This document shows, piece by piece, positions 18,530-28,060 of a DNA stretch of 44,149 nucleotides. The stretch covers positions 1 to 44,149 of IMG/VR virus record IMGVR_UViG_3300032330_000720; one strand, 5' to 3'. This DNA comes from a virus (lineage: Duplodnaviria; Caudoviricetes). The notes beneath the pieces are model-generated. The model saw only the letters and a program-made list of their open reading frames with translations. It was not told the DNA's origin and did not search any database. The position numbers and the translations under genes were made by a program. Position 1 is the stretch's first letter. Each line of letters opens with the position of its first letter.

Positions 18530-18712
18530 GTGCCTATTTTTATTAAACTTGAGCATACTCTTGAAGAAGTCAACACGATCCTTGCCGCATTGGCAAAGCG
18601 TCCGTTTGAAGAAGTGGCCGATTTGATTGTAAAGATTCAAGCCGCTGGAAAATCAGCGATTGATGATGCTCAAGCACCTGTGCAGTCAGCCGATTCGGCT
18701 GTAGAATCTTAA
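18530..18712 (+). CDS. Small conserved phage protein
   Basis: L...LEEVN.IL.AL.KRPFEEV..LI.KI motif, with GGAG RBS before a GTG start. Confidence 0.65.
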   Translation: MPIFIKLEHTLEEVNTILAALAKRPFEEVADLIVKIQAAGKSAIDDAQAPVQSADSAVES

Positions 18713-18725
18713 TCCTGAAACTCTA

Positions 18726-18941
18726 ATGCATACCGTTGGCGAGGTACATAAAATGACAAGCGGAGATGAGACAAAACTTGTTGTTGATGTTGGCCTTGCC
18801 AGCGGCGTTATTACCATGCCGATTTGGGTTGTTGAGACCAGCTATTGGGTTCAATTGCTGGCCGGATTACTGGGCTTGATATTGGTGGTTTTCCGTCTTG
18901 CGTTAGCAGTCCGGGAATGGGGACGTGACGGGAAAAGTTAA
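18726..18941 (+). CDS. Small membrane protein (holin-like)
   Basis: Two hydrophobic segments and a charged C-terminus. Lies in the lysis cassette; the start may be 18753. Confidence 0.5.
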   Translation: MHTVGEVHKMTSGDETKLVVDVGLASGVITMPIWVVETSYWVQLLAGLLGLILVVFRLALAVREWGRDGKS

Positions 18942-19411
18942 TGGACCCTTTTACGATTCTTGCTGGTGCAACCGCTCTTTATAATGGGTTAAAATCTGCC
19001 GTAAGTGCGGGTGAAGACGTCGTGGATACGGCGCATCGCGTTGGCAATCTCATGTCTGAGGTTTCCAAAGTCATCCAACTTGTCTCCTTGCCTCATAAAA
19101 AGAAGATGTTTCAGTCCACCGCCGACTTTGAAGCGGAGGCGATGAAACGGTTCAGTGCTAAACAAAAAGCCCAACAATTAGCCGCTGAAGCTAAAAATTT
19201 GTTTGTTTCCCAACATGGCCTTGGCGCATGGGAACACATTCAAAAACAAGTTACGGAAATGCGGAAAGAGGCTGCACGTCAGGCTCGCCTTGAGGCTGAA
19301 GCCGCAGAAGAAACACGTAAAGACCTTATTTTTGTTTCATGTATCGTTGGAGGTCTTATTCTGGCGGTTGGCATTATTGGTCTGTTGCTTGTTATTCGAG
19401 GGGTTCATTAA
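18941..19411 (+). CDS. Coiled-coil membrane-anchored protein in lysis cassette
   Basis: MDP.T.LA...IK start, coiled coil, and C-terminal TM helix. TAATG-coupled to both neighbours. Confidence 0.6.
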   Translation: MDPFTILAGATALYNGLKSAVSAGEDVVDTAHRVGNLMSEVSKVIQLVSLPHKKKMFQSTADFEAEAMKRFSAKQKAQQLAAEAKNLFVSQHGLGAWEHIQKQVTEMRKEAARQARLEAEAAEETRKDLIFVSCIVGGLILAVGIIGLLLVIRGVH

Positions 19412-19908
19412 TGGACATTCTTAAAACATTTGGGCCGTTAATTGGTTCCGTAGCACCTACTATTGCCACGGCTTTGGGAGGCCCGGTTGCGGGTATGGCA
19501 GTCAAAGCCATATCCGGGGCGCTTTTCGGCCATGAAAATGGCACAGAAGAAGACATCATGACCGCATTGAGTAACCCTACGGGCGACCAGCTTGCGGCGC
19601 TCAAAAAGATTGATGCCGACTTCCGCGTTCAAATGAAGTCTCTTGACATTGATCTGGAACGCATCGCGGCAGACGATCGAAATTCTGCCCGCCAGATGGC
19701 AATTCAAACCCATGATTGGACACCCCGCATCTTGGCCGTGGTTGTCATCTGCGCTTGGGTTTTTATCCAATGGCATTTGCTGAACAGCACGATCCCAGCT
19801 GACATGCGTGAACTTATAGCGCGCGTCCTTGGAACGCTTGATGCCGCCCTAACTTTGGTTCTGTCGTATTATTTTGGTGCGGCACACAAGCATACGGACC
19901 CAAAATGA
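19411..19908 (+). CDS. Holin (3TM, GTA-type)
   Basis: VAPTIATALGGP.AG...DR.SAR.M...TP.ILA...V.SYYFG motif. Confidence 0.75.
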   Translation: MDILKTFGPLIGSVAPTIATALGGPVAGMAVKAISGALFGHENGTEEDIMTALSNPTGDQLAALKKIDADFRVQMKSLDIDLERIAADDRNSARQMAIQTHDWTPRILAVVVICAWVFIQWHLLNSTIPADMRELIARVLGTLDAALTLVLSYYFGAAHKHTDPK

Positions 19909-20417
19909 AAGACAATTTTGAGCAATGCCTCGCCCTCGTTCTCAAGCATGAGGGTGGTTTTGTTAACTTAAAGTCCGACCCGGGCGGCATGACCAATCTT
20001 GGCGTGACTAAAAAGGTCTGGGAAGAATGGGTAGGCCATTCGGTGGATGAAGCCGCTATGAGGGCTTTGGGGCCGCAAGATGTGGCTCCTCTGTACAAGA
20101 AAAACTATTGGGACAAAATCAAGGGTGATGATCTTCCTTTGGGGGTAGATTACGCTTGTTTTGATCTGGCCGTTAATTCGGGGGTAGGCCGTGCAGCCAA
20201 GGTATTACAACAAGCATTGGGTGTTAGTGCTGACGGCGCAATCGGCCCGGCCACTATGGATGCTCTTGAATCGGCAAACCCTCGCCAGATTGCGACTTCA
20301 ATCTGCGAAATCCGGTTAGCTTTCTTGCAAGCATTGCCGACTTGGGGTACATTCGGCAAAGGTTGGGGGCGTCGAGTTGCTGAGGTAGAGCAGACATCCT
20401 TCAGCATGGCGGCGTAG
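19905..20417 (+). CDS. Endolysin, glycoside hydrolase family 108 with peptidoglycan-binding domain
   Basis: HEGGFVN...DPGG.TNLGVT, Y...YWD, FD.AVNSG, LQ...GV..DG.IGP.T and FGKGW.RR motifs. Confidence 0.92.
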   Translation: MKDNFEQCLALVLKHEGGFVNLKSDPGGMTNLGVTKKVWEEWVGHSVDEAAMRALGPQDVAPLYKKNYWDKIKGDDLPLGVDYACFDLAVNSGVGRAAKVLQQALGVSADGAIGPATMDALESANPRQIATSICEIRLAFLQALPTWGTFGKGWGRRVAEVEQTSFSMAA

Positions 20418-20427
20418 GAAATCTTAA

Positions 20428-21225
20428 ATGACCGTTGCAACTACAGCCCTGTCGTACAATGATTATGTCACCCAAATTGCAACTTTGGCTGTGCTGCAAA
20501 ATACGCTTGTCACGACGGGTACGTATCCTAATAGCCTTGTGACGTCTACTGACCCTAATTTTCAAGAAATTATTCCTCAAATGCTGAATTATGCGGAACT
20601 CCGCATTCAGCGAGACATTGATTTTCTTGCAACGCAAAATGCCAATTCGTCTTACAATTTGACGAGTGGCAATAACACGTTGACCATCCCAACAAGTACG
20701 TTTGTCACCCTTCAAACAATTTCTGTTACTGATGGCACTGGCGGCGTGACGCCATTAACGCCCGTTACAAAAGAATTTTTGCGGAACGTATACGGCACAT
20801 CAAGCGGGTCGGGAGTTCCCTTGTATTTTGCCGTTTATGGCGGGGATGTTGCTACGGGCGGTCAGACAAGCCAAAACATCATTTTTGGACCTTGGCCTAA
20901 TTCGAATTACAGCGTGACAATTACTGGAACGACGCGGCAACCTACGCTTAACAATTATGCCGTGGCAGGTCAGGCCGACACAACTTATACGTTCATTAGT
21001 CAAAATTTGCCTGATATAATGATTATGGCGAGCATGATTTATATTAGCGCATATCAACGCAATTTTGGCCGCATTAATGATGATCCTGCTATGGCTCAAA
21101 CATATGAAAGCCAATATCAGGCGCTCATTAAAGGTGCTGTGGTTGAAGAAGCGCGCAAGAAGTTTCAAGCGTCTGGTTGGACTTCGTACTCTCCGTCTCC
21201 TGTTGCCACGCCGACACGGGGGTAA
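20428..21225 (+). CDS. Tail adaptor/neck protein (putative)
   Basis: YAELRIQRD.DF...G.P.YFA...GP.P...Y...TFISQ.LPD...ASM...YESQYQ.L pattern; precedes the gp10-like gene. Confidence 0.65.
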   Translation: MTVATTALSYNDYVTQIATLAVLQNTLVTTGTYPNSLVTSTDPNFQEIIPQMLNYAELRIQRDIDFLATQNANSSYNLTSGNNTLTIPTSTFVTLQTISVTDGTGGVTPLTPVTKEFLRNVYGTSSGSGVPLYFAVYGGDVATGGQTSQNIIFGPWPNSNYSVTITGTTRQPTLNNYAVAGQADTTYTFISQNLPDIMIMASMIYISAYQRNFGRINDDPAMAQTYESQYQALIKGAVVEEARKKFQASGWTSYSPSPVATPTRG

Positions 21226-21228
21226 CAC

Positions 21229-23355
21229 ATGCCCCATAATGCAATTCAAATTATGCCCGGCGTCGATACGACAAAGACGCAAGCACTTAATCAGGCTGGC
21301 ATTTCGCAATCAAATTTTGTTAGGTTTTTACCTGACCGACAGGGCGCGTCCCTCGTTCAAAAATTGGGCGGTTGGATTTCATATTATACAAACACAGCCA
21401 TAACGACTGCTATTCGCGCATTGAATGCTTGGGCGGATTTGAAATCTAACGATTGGCTTGGGATAGGATCGTTAAGCAGTTTGGTTGCATATTCACCACA
21501 AGGCGGTGAATTTACAATTACGCCAACAACAACCACGACCAATCCCGCGCCAAATTTTACTTGCCAAAGTGGCGTTCTTTTGACCGAAAGCGGCAATGGG
21601 ATTACTACGGAATCCGGTCAAAACCTTCAAGTTTCTTCGGCAAGCCAAACCATAACCGTAGTTGATTCTGGCGTGAGCGGTGGCTATTTGATTGGCGACC
21701 TTGTTTACATTGAGACGCCCGTTTCAGTAGGTGGCGGTACAATTCAAGGTTTGTACGCAATAGCAAGCATTGTTAGTAGTACTTCCTATACAATTACAAT
21801 TCCATATTTGCCTACATTGGAAACAACCAATGGTGGTGCAGTTCCAATTTTTACAATACCAGCAGGTAGTGCGACCGTTACGGTAACATACCCAAATCAT
21901 AATTATGTTGTGGGCCAGAACATTGCTTATGCCGTTAGCACGACAGTTGGCGGCGTGGTTATTTATGGCGAATACACCGTTTCCGCTGTCATTGACGAAA
22001 ATACTTATCAATTTGTTGCGGCAACAAAGTCCACGCCCGGCGCAACAAACGTAGCCATGAATTCTGGCAATGTTCTTAATCTTTATTATTTATATAACTC
22101 CCCCGGCGGCGCTGGTGTTGGCGGTTATGGTCTTGGCGGATATGGTCAGGGTGGTTATGGCATTGGTAATGGTGGTTCCGCTGGTGCTTTGCGCGGTACT
22201 GCAATTACGGCAACAGATTGGTTTTTGAATAATTACGGTCAATTATTAGTTGCGAATCAAGTTGGAGGGCCAATTTTTAATTGGCAACCATTAGGTTCGG
22301 CAGCCACGGCGCAAGTTTTCAACAATTCACCCGTTGCAAATAACGGTTGTTTTGTAGCTATGCCGCAACAACAAATTGTTGCATGGGGTTCTACATTTAC
22401 TGGAATTATTGACCCGCTTTTAATTCGCTGGTGCGATGTTGGTGATCCGACATCATGGATTGGAACAGCGGTTAATCAAGCTGGATCGTATCGAATACCA
22501 GAAGGAAGCGCAATCATTGCCGCAATGCAAGCGCAACAACAGGCTATTTTTTGGACGGATACGTCGGTATGGTCCATGCAATATATTGGTGCGCCATTAG
22601 TATATTCGTTCAATAAGATTGCATCTGGTGTTGGTGCAATTGGTCCAAAATCTGTTGGATTATTAAACAATGCAATTTTTTGGATGAGTCCGTCGCAATT
22701 TAATATGTTATCACCACAAGGTGTAACATCAATTCCATGCCCAATTTGGGATGTTATTTTCCAAAATCTTAACACAACGTATGTTTCTAACATTCGTTGC
22801 GCGCCCAACAGTCTTTTCAATGAAATTTGGTGGTTTTATCCTTCAGCCGGAAGCACTGATGGCGAGAATGATTCTTATGTAAAATATAATGTTACAAATC
22901 AAACGTGGGATTATGGATCATTAGGAAGATCAGCATGGATTGATCAATCCGTATTGGGGCCACCTATCGGCGCTGGAACTGATTACACAATTTATCAACA
23001 TGAAGTTGGAAATAACGACGGAACAGACGCAATGACCCCGTCATTTGAAACGGGTTATTTCGCTCTGTCTGAGGGTGATCAAATGATCTTCATTGATCAA
23101 ATGTGGCCCGACATGAAGTGGGGGGATTACAGTACCAATCCCAATGCAAGCATTCAAATTACATTTTTTGGGACCAATTATCCCGGTGATACTCCGACAC
23201 AATATGGACCTTATACGGTTACGCAAGGAACGCAGTATATTTCAACACGCATCCGTAATAGATTGTTGGCATTCCAAGTATCTTCAAGTGATCTTGGATC
23301 ATTTTGGCGGCTTGGAAATATACGGTATCGATACCAACCAGATGGAAAATACTAA
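21229..23355 (+). CDS. Tail hub/nozzle protein (P22 gp10-like DNA stabilisation protein)
   Basis: N.VRF...QKLGGW, W.L.NYGQ.L, DPLLIRWCD, NQAGSYRI, WTD..VWSMQY.G.P, FNEIWWFYPS, R.AW.D and WRLG..R...PDG motifs. Confidence 0.8.
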   Translation: MPHNAIQIMPGVDTTKTQALNQAGISQSNFVRFLPDRQGASLVQKLGGWISYYTNTAITTAIRALNAWADLKSNDWLGIGSLSSLVAYSPQGGEFTITPTTTTTNPAPNFTCQSGVLLTESGNGITTESGQNLQVSSASQTITVVDSGVSGGYLIGDLVYIETPVSVGGGTIQGLYAIASIVSSTSYTITIPYLPTLETTNGGAVPIFTIPAGSATVTVTYPNHNYVVGQNIAYAVSTTVGGVVIYGEYTVSAVIDENTYQFVAATKSTPGATNVAMNSGNVLNLYYLYNSPGGAGVGGYGLGGYGQGGYGIGNGGSAGALRGTAITATDWFLNNYGQLLVANQVGGPIFNWQPLGSAATAQVFNNSPVANNGCFVAMPQQQIVAWGSTFTGIIDPLLIRWCDVGDPTSWIGTAVNQAGSYRIPEGSAIIAAMQAQQQAIFWTDTSVWSMQYIGAPLVYSFNKIASGVGAIGPKSVGLLNNAIFWMSPSQFNMLSPQGVTSIPCPIWDVIFQNLNTTYVSNIRCAPNSLFNEIWWFYPSAGSTDGENDSYVKYNVTNQTWDYGSLGRSAWIDQSVLGPPIGAGTDYTIYQHEVGNNDGTDAMTPSFETGYFALSEGDQMIFIDQMWPDMKWGDYSTNPNASIQITFFGTNYPGDTPTQYGPYTVTQGTQYISTRIRNRLLAFQVSSSDLGSFWRLGNIRYRYQPDGKY

Positions 23356-23696
23356 TGGCATCGCAAGACGATTTTCTCACAGCATCTAAAAATCAAGTTA
23401 CAGCCTTCAACGGTTTAACTGATGCGAACCTATCTGCAAATGGCAAAGCTAACAGCGGCGAAATTACTACTACTACGCTTGTAAGCGCAAAGTCTGGGTA
23501 TTTTGTGAGGGCTTCCGTTATTGTTGCTGGTTCATCAGCCGCCACAATTTATGATTCGTCATCCACTGGAACTTTGACCAATAGAATTGCCATTATCCCA
23601 GCAGAAATTGGCCTTTCAACGTGGGTAATTCCCGTTTCAAATGGCATTGTCGTTGTTCCCGGGTCAGGAATGACGCTTAATGTAATTTATAGTTAA
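23355..23696 (+). CDS. Small virion protein
   Basis: MASQDD.LT..KN.V.A start and a C-terminal beta sandwich. TAATG-coupled to the upstream gene. Confidence 0.55.
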   Translation: MASQDDFLTASKNQVTAFNGLTDANLSANGKANSGEITTTTLVSAKSGYFVRASVIVAGSSAATIYDSSSTGTLTNRIAIIPAEIGLSTWVIPVSNGIVVVPGSGMTLNVIYS

Positions 23697-23706
23697 CAGG
23701 TGCCAC

Positions 23707-24234
23707 ATGCCATTGAAGCACGGTTCGTCCCAATCAACAATCAGCAAGAACATCAGCGAAATGGTTCATTCGGGCCATCCGCATGATCAGGCAATTGCAG
23801 CGGCATTGAACATTGCTCGTTCCGCAAAAGCGGTTGGCGGACAGAGTGGCAAAGGCAAAAATGTAGTTCACGTTGGACCAATTCATAGCCCTGTCGCTGG
23901 ACGAACGGACCATTTGCCTATGCATGTTCCTGCTGGTGCTTATGTTATTCCGGCAGAAGAAGTGGCGTTTTTGGGTGAAGGAAATACCTTAAACGGTTTC
24001 AAAAACATTACAGAATGGGTAAAAAAATACCATGATCATACATTTACAAATGCTGGCGACCCTGTTCCTATTGTTGCTGCTGGTGGAGAGTACGTTATTC
24101 CCCCTCACGCAGTTTACGGTATTGGTGAAGGAAACTTGGACAAAGGGCATCGAATTTTGGACGAGTATGTTAAAAAACTCCGCCAAAAACACATAAAAAC
24201 TTTGCAAAAACTTCCACCTCCAAAAAGGGATTAA
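23707..24234 (+). CDS. Protein with MPLKxG N-terminal helical module and a duplicated G(E/A)YVIP domain
   Basis: Internal duplication: VPAGAYVIPAEEVAFLGEGNTLNG and AAGGEYVIPPHAVYGIGEGNLDKG. Confidence 0.7.
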   Translation: MPLKHGSSQSTISKNISEMVHSGHPHDQAIAAALNIARSAKAVGGQSGKGKNVVHVGPIHSPVAGRTDHLPMHVPAGAYVIPAEEVAFLGEGNTLNGFKNITEWVKKYHDHTFTNAGDPVPIVAAGGEYVIPPHAVYGIGEGNLDKGHRILDEYVKKLRQKHIKTLQKLPPPKRD

Positions 24235-24236
24235 GG

Positions 24237-24806
24237 ATGAATCTGTCGTTAAAAAAACAGCGTGTTCGTTTGTCCAAAAGCGCACGGGCTAGAATGCCTC
24301 GCGCTGAACGAATCACAACCGATGCTATTGCGCGCGTAGCCCAGCCTGATGACGAAGAAGGCATCATGGTTCTGGCGAGACTCATTCACCAAGAAATTGG
24401 CATGTTTGATTTGAATGAGGAAAAGGTCAGAAATACAATCCGTCCCATGCTTTACAAGCACCACGGGATTATCGGGGTTGTAGGCAATAAAGACAATTTG
24501 GAAGCCATGATTCTGCTTCGAGTTGCCAATAATTGGTATTCGGACACCCCATTTTTAGAAGAAATGTCGGTTTTTGTACGCCCTGAATACAGAAATGCTA
24601 CTGTTTCCCGGGTGCAAAAAATGATAGAATTTGCAAAAAAGGCGGCTGATGGACTTGGTCTGCCTTTGATGATTGGCGTTTTGTCAAATCAACGGACAAA
24701 TGCTAAAGTTGAACTATATGAAAAGCACTTTGGAGACCCAGCGGGTGCTTTCTTTATTTATGGGGCAAGGACGGGCCAGCCTGAAGGGGCTGACCTTGCG
24801 TCTTAA
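24237..24806 (+). CDS. GNAT-fold acyltransferase-like virion assembly protein
   Basis: L.E..VFVRPEYR motif-A-like segment and A...LYEK.F. Occupies the T7 gp13 / P22 gp14-like position before the ejection genes. Confidence 0.65.
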   Translation: MNLSLKKQRVRLSKSARARMPRAERITTDAIARVAQPDDEEGIMVLARLIHQEIGMFDLNEEKVRNTIRPMLYKHHGIIGVVGNKDNLEAMILLRVANNWYSDTPFLEEMSVFVRPEYRNATVSRVQKMIEFAKKAADGLGLPLMIGVLSNQRTNAKVELYEKHFGDPAGAFFIYGARTGQPEGADLAS

Positions 24807-24823
24807 ATTTTAGGAGTAGGCCC

Positions 24824-27800
24824 GTGTGCGGTTCTAAAGGTTCTTCACAATCTAGTTCGACATTTACTCCTCCAAAAGATGTTTTGGAGAATTACAGAAT
24901 GTTGGCCGAAAGGGCCAAGAATGTCGCAAATACGCCTTTTCAACAATACACGGGTGAAATGGTTGCTGGCCTGTCCCCAACGCAACAAGCTGGCATTGCA
25001 AATGTTAATGCCGCTTCGGGCATGGCCCAACCTTATTTTCAAGCCGGAACTGGTTATATTCAAAGTGGCGCGCAAGGATTTACGCCAGAAGCCGCAAATC
25101 AGTATATGTCGCCATATATTGAAAACGTCGCAAACAAGACGATGGCTAATCTTGGCGAGACAAATGCCCAACAGCAACAGCAAGTGTTGGGAAGTTCTAT
25201 TGGTCGTGGTGCGTTTGGCGGGGACCGCGCTGGTATTGCACAGGCGGAATTGGCTCGCCAACAGGGTCTAGCCACAGGCCAAACAATGGCTAACATTTAC
25301 CAAGGCGGTTATGGTCAAGCACAAGCGCAATTCAATGCTGATCAGGCTCGCAAATTAGGCGCAGGTCAAACTTTGGGCGGTTTTGGTACGGCGGCTCAAA
25401 CTGCGGCTTTGCAAGGCGCACAAGCACAACTTGGCGCAGGGGCGCAAGAACAGGCTGTTCGTCAGGCTCAAGACACTGCGAATCAACAGCAATTCCAAGC
25501 CGCTCAGGCTTATCCATTCCAGACAACACAATATCTTGCAAACCTGTTGCTGGGTATTGGCGGTCAATCTGGTGGTACGTCTCTTACGTCTTCTCCCGGA
25601 CCGAATATCGGCACCCAATTCCTTGGCGGGTTGATGAGCCTTGGTTCTATTCCGTGGGGTTCATTTTCTGATGAACGCCTTAAAGATAACATGGAGCCTG
25701 TTGGCAAAACATTTGATGGGCAAAACATTTATAAGTTTAATTACAAGGGCGACGGCCAAACTATGCTTGGCCTCAGCGCGCAAGAAGTTGAACATCATAA
25801 ACCTGAAGCAGTTCGTAAAGACGATGCCGGATTGCGTATGGTGAATTACGACCTTGCTACACAGGGTGCCGCCGATAAGGGCCATTTTGCCAATGGCGGT
25901 GCAACCGATTGGATGGGTGGCGCAGTTCAAGAAGGTCTTGGCCGTATGCATTTTGCAGACCAAGGCGCAGTCCCCTATTCGGAACAACCTTCTGGTGGCA
26001 CAGCAAAACCCTTGACTCTTGCCGACGTGATGCGTGTTGTAAAATATGACAAAGTTGGCGGTAGAACAAACATACCTGAAGCACCAAAAGCCTTTGATCA
26101 GGGTTCGTTATTAGACGTTGCCAAGCAATTGCAAAATGCAACAACTGAACAACGCGCAAATATGGCAGATAACATTTCCGCACTTCGTAGCAAGTTGGGA
26201 CTTGGGACCGTTGCTCCATCAGATGTTATTGGTACAAGCCAAGGCACATATAGTCTTGGTTTGCATTATAGTTCTGGCGGAGGAATTGATCGCCAAGGTT
26301 ATGCTGGAGATACAGGGCAATCTGGTGGCGTTGCACCAGAACAGTCCGATAGTTGGCTCCCATCAAAGGGGCAATCTGCCATTGAAAAAGCCACTGGTTT
26401 GAATTTGTCCGATAATGCTCGCATGGGATTGCTTGCGGCAGGATTAGGTATGCTGTCTAGCCGTTCGCCATTCTTTGGCGTGGGCGTTGGTGAAGGCGCG
26501 ACTGCTGGTCTTGGTACGTATTACAATGCTCTTGCTAATGATCGTGCTTATGAAAAACAAAAGCGCGAATTGGAAATGACAGAAGAACAACGGCAAATTG
26601 AACGTGACCGCGTTGCTGTTGAAAGACAGCGTGCTGGTATTGAAGGAAACCGCGTTGATATTGAAAAACAGCGTGCTGGTTATGAAGGAATGGGCAAAGG
26701 CATTGATGCATTTAATTTGCTAATGGGAGGCTTTGCGCCTGTAGCTACAGAAAAGGGCATTATGTATCGTAACCCATACGGTACGGATTTATTGACACAA
26801 GATCAGTATGCTAAACTTCGTGCTGATGCTTTGAAAAAAGTTCCCGGTTTAGGAAGTATTATTCCTTCGGGTGTTCAAGGTGGCGTAGCACCAGTTACAA
26901 GCCCCGATCAAGGTGGCGTTGCTCCAGTTACAAGGCCAAATCAAGGTAATACAGAAGGTAACGTACCTGTACCCCCGACAGAAAGCACGGTGCCGCGTCC
27001 TGCTACCGAAAATGCTCCTGCGCGTACTTCAGCACAGCCAGCAGAACCTCCAGCAACTACGACGGGTACTGTAGGCGCAGACGCATTCCAAAATGTTGAT
27101 GATGCGTATAATCCATTCATGTTGAGAAAATTGGCTGAACAGCAAAAGCAAATTGCGTCAAATGCTGAAAGTTATGGTTTGAAAGATCAACAGCAAGCCG
27201 CTGATGCCAGAGCAAAAGATTTCCTAAAGCGCGCTGAAGACGTGGAAAATGGAAATGTGCAAGTTAAATTTAAGGATGGCACTTTTGGTTATGTCCCAGA
27301 AGTAGTTGCTAACGTGCATCAAAATGCGGCTGAGAAAAAACAATCTGAAGCATCTGTGGAACAGATGAATAAGGTTGATGAAGATTTGGGCAAGTCATCA
27401 GATTCGAGACCTGCCGCATATGCTCGTATTAATGATGCCAAACGCATTCTTGAAGTGTGGCAATCAGGTAAATTGTCAGACATTAAAGCTGACCTTCCTG
27501 CTTTAGCATCTGCTCTTGGATTAGACGTAAGCAAATACAAACTTGATGATGTTGTATCGCAACAAACTTTTGCCAAAGATGCTACACAAGCAATGTTTGA
27601 TGCAGTTAAAAATCTTGGTGGTCGTATTTTGGTTAACGAAATTGAAGGCCAAAAGAAAGCCAATTATGAACCGTCATTACAACCGGGGACCAATCGAAAC
27701 ATATTGGGTAGCGTAACTGGTTTGATGCAGGCAGAAGATAAATTTTTTGAAGACTATAACGTATGGCGTAATGGTCCGGGTAAATATGCGACTCTTGCAC

Positions 27801-28060
27801 AGTACAATGCATGGAAAACAGCATGGCGCAAAAATCCTGAAAACAATGTTGATAAATTCATTGAAACGGCCAGAGCAAATACGCCCGTCCGTGAAAAAGA
27901 ATTTCCTAAACCATCAGATCGCAAAAAAGGTTGGATGTACATCATTCCGCAATCTGAATTTGAAGGCGATGCGCAAATGTCACAACAATATCCAAAAGGA
28001 ATTAAGGCAAGATGGAAGGGTAATGGTTGGGATCTTTCATCAATGGAAGCAGTACAATGA
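24824..28060 (+). CDS. DNA ejection/internal virion protein with an internal peptidase S74 (intramolecular chaperone) domain
   Basis: GTG start with AGGAG RBS. Q/A/G-rich YMSPY..GAFGGDR region, SDERLKDN..P.G...IYKFNYKGD...G..AQEVE..PEAV...VNYD domain, then a hydrophobic helix and coiled coils. Confidence 0.8.
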   Translation: MCGSKGSSQSSSTFTPPKDVLENYRMLAERAKNVANTPFQQYTGEMVAGLSPTQQAGIANVNAASGMAQPYFQAGTGYIQSGAQGFTPEAANQYMSPYIENVANKTMANLGETNAQQQQQVLGSSIGRGAFGGDRAGIAQAELARQQGLATGQTMANIYQGGYGQAQAQFNADQARKLGAGQTLGGFGTAAQTAALQGAQAQLGAGAQEQAVRQAQDTANQQQFQAAQAYPFQTTQYLANLLLGIGGQSGGTSLTSSPGPNIGTQFLGGLMSLGSIPWGSFSDERLKDNMEPVGKTFDGQNIYKFNYKGDGQTMLGLSAQEVEHHKPEAVRKDDAGLRMVNYDLATQGAADKGHFANGGATDWMGGAVQEGLGRMHFADQGAVPYSEQPSGGTAKPLTLADVMRVVKYDKVGGRTNIPEAPKAFDQGSLLDVAKQLQNATTEQRANMADNISALRSKLGLGTVAPSDVIGTSQGTYSLGLHYSSGGGIDRQGYAGDTGQSGGVAPEQSDSWLPSKGQSAIEKATGLNLSDNARMGLLAAGLGMLSSRSPFFGVGVGEGATAGLGTYYNALANDRAYEKQKRELEMTEEQRQIERDRVAVERQRAGIEGNRVDIEKQRAGYEGMGKGIDAFNLLMGGFAPVATEKGIMYRNPYGTDLLTQDQYAKLRADALKKVPGLGSIIPSGVQGGVAPVTSPDQGGVAPVTRPNQGNTEGNVPVPPTESTVPRPATENAPARTSAQPAEPPATTTGTVGADAFQNVDDAYNPFMLRKLAEQQKQIASNAESYGLKDQQQAADARAKDFLKRAEDVENGNVQVKFKDGTFGYVPEVVANVHQNAAEKKQSEASVEQMNKVDEDLGKSSDSRPAAYARINDAKRILEVWQSGKLSDIKADLPALASALGLDVSKYKLDDVVSQQTFAKDATQAMFDAVKNLGGRILVNEIEGQKKANYEPSLQPGTNRNILGSVTGLMQAEDKFFEDYNVWRNGPGKYATLAQYNAWKTAWRKNPENNVDKFIETARANTPVREKEFPKPSDRKKGWMYIIPQSEFEGDAQMSQQYPKGIKARWKGNGWDLSSMEAVQ

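Noticed and set aside
25660-25870. Intein in the large ejection protein
   Set aside because: It lacks Hint-domain C1 and terminal HN motifs; the SDxRLK...AQEV pattern is peptidase S74.
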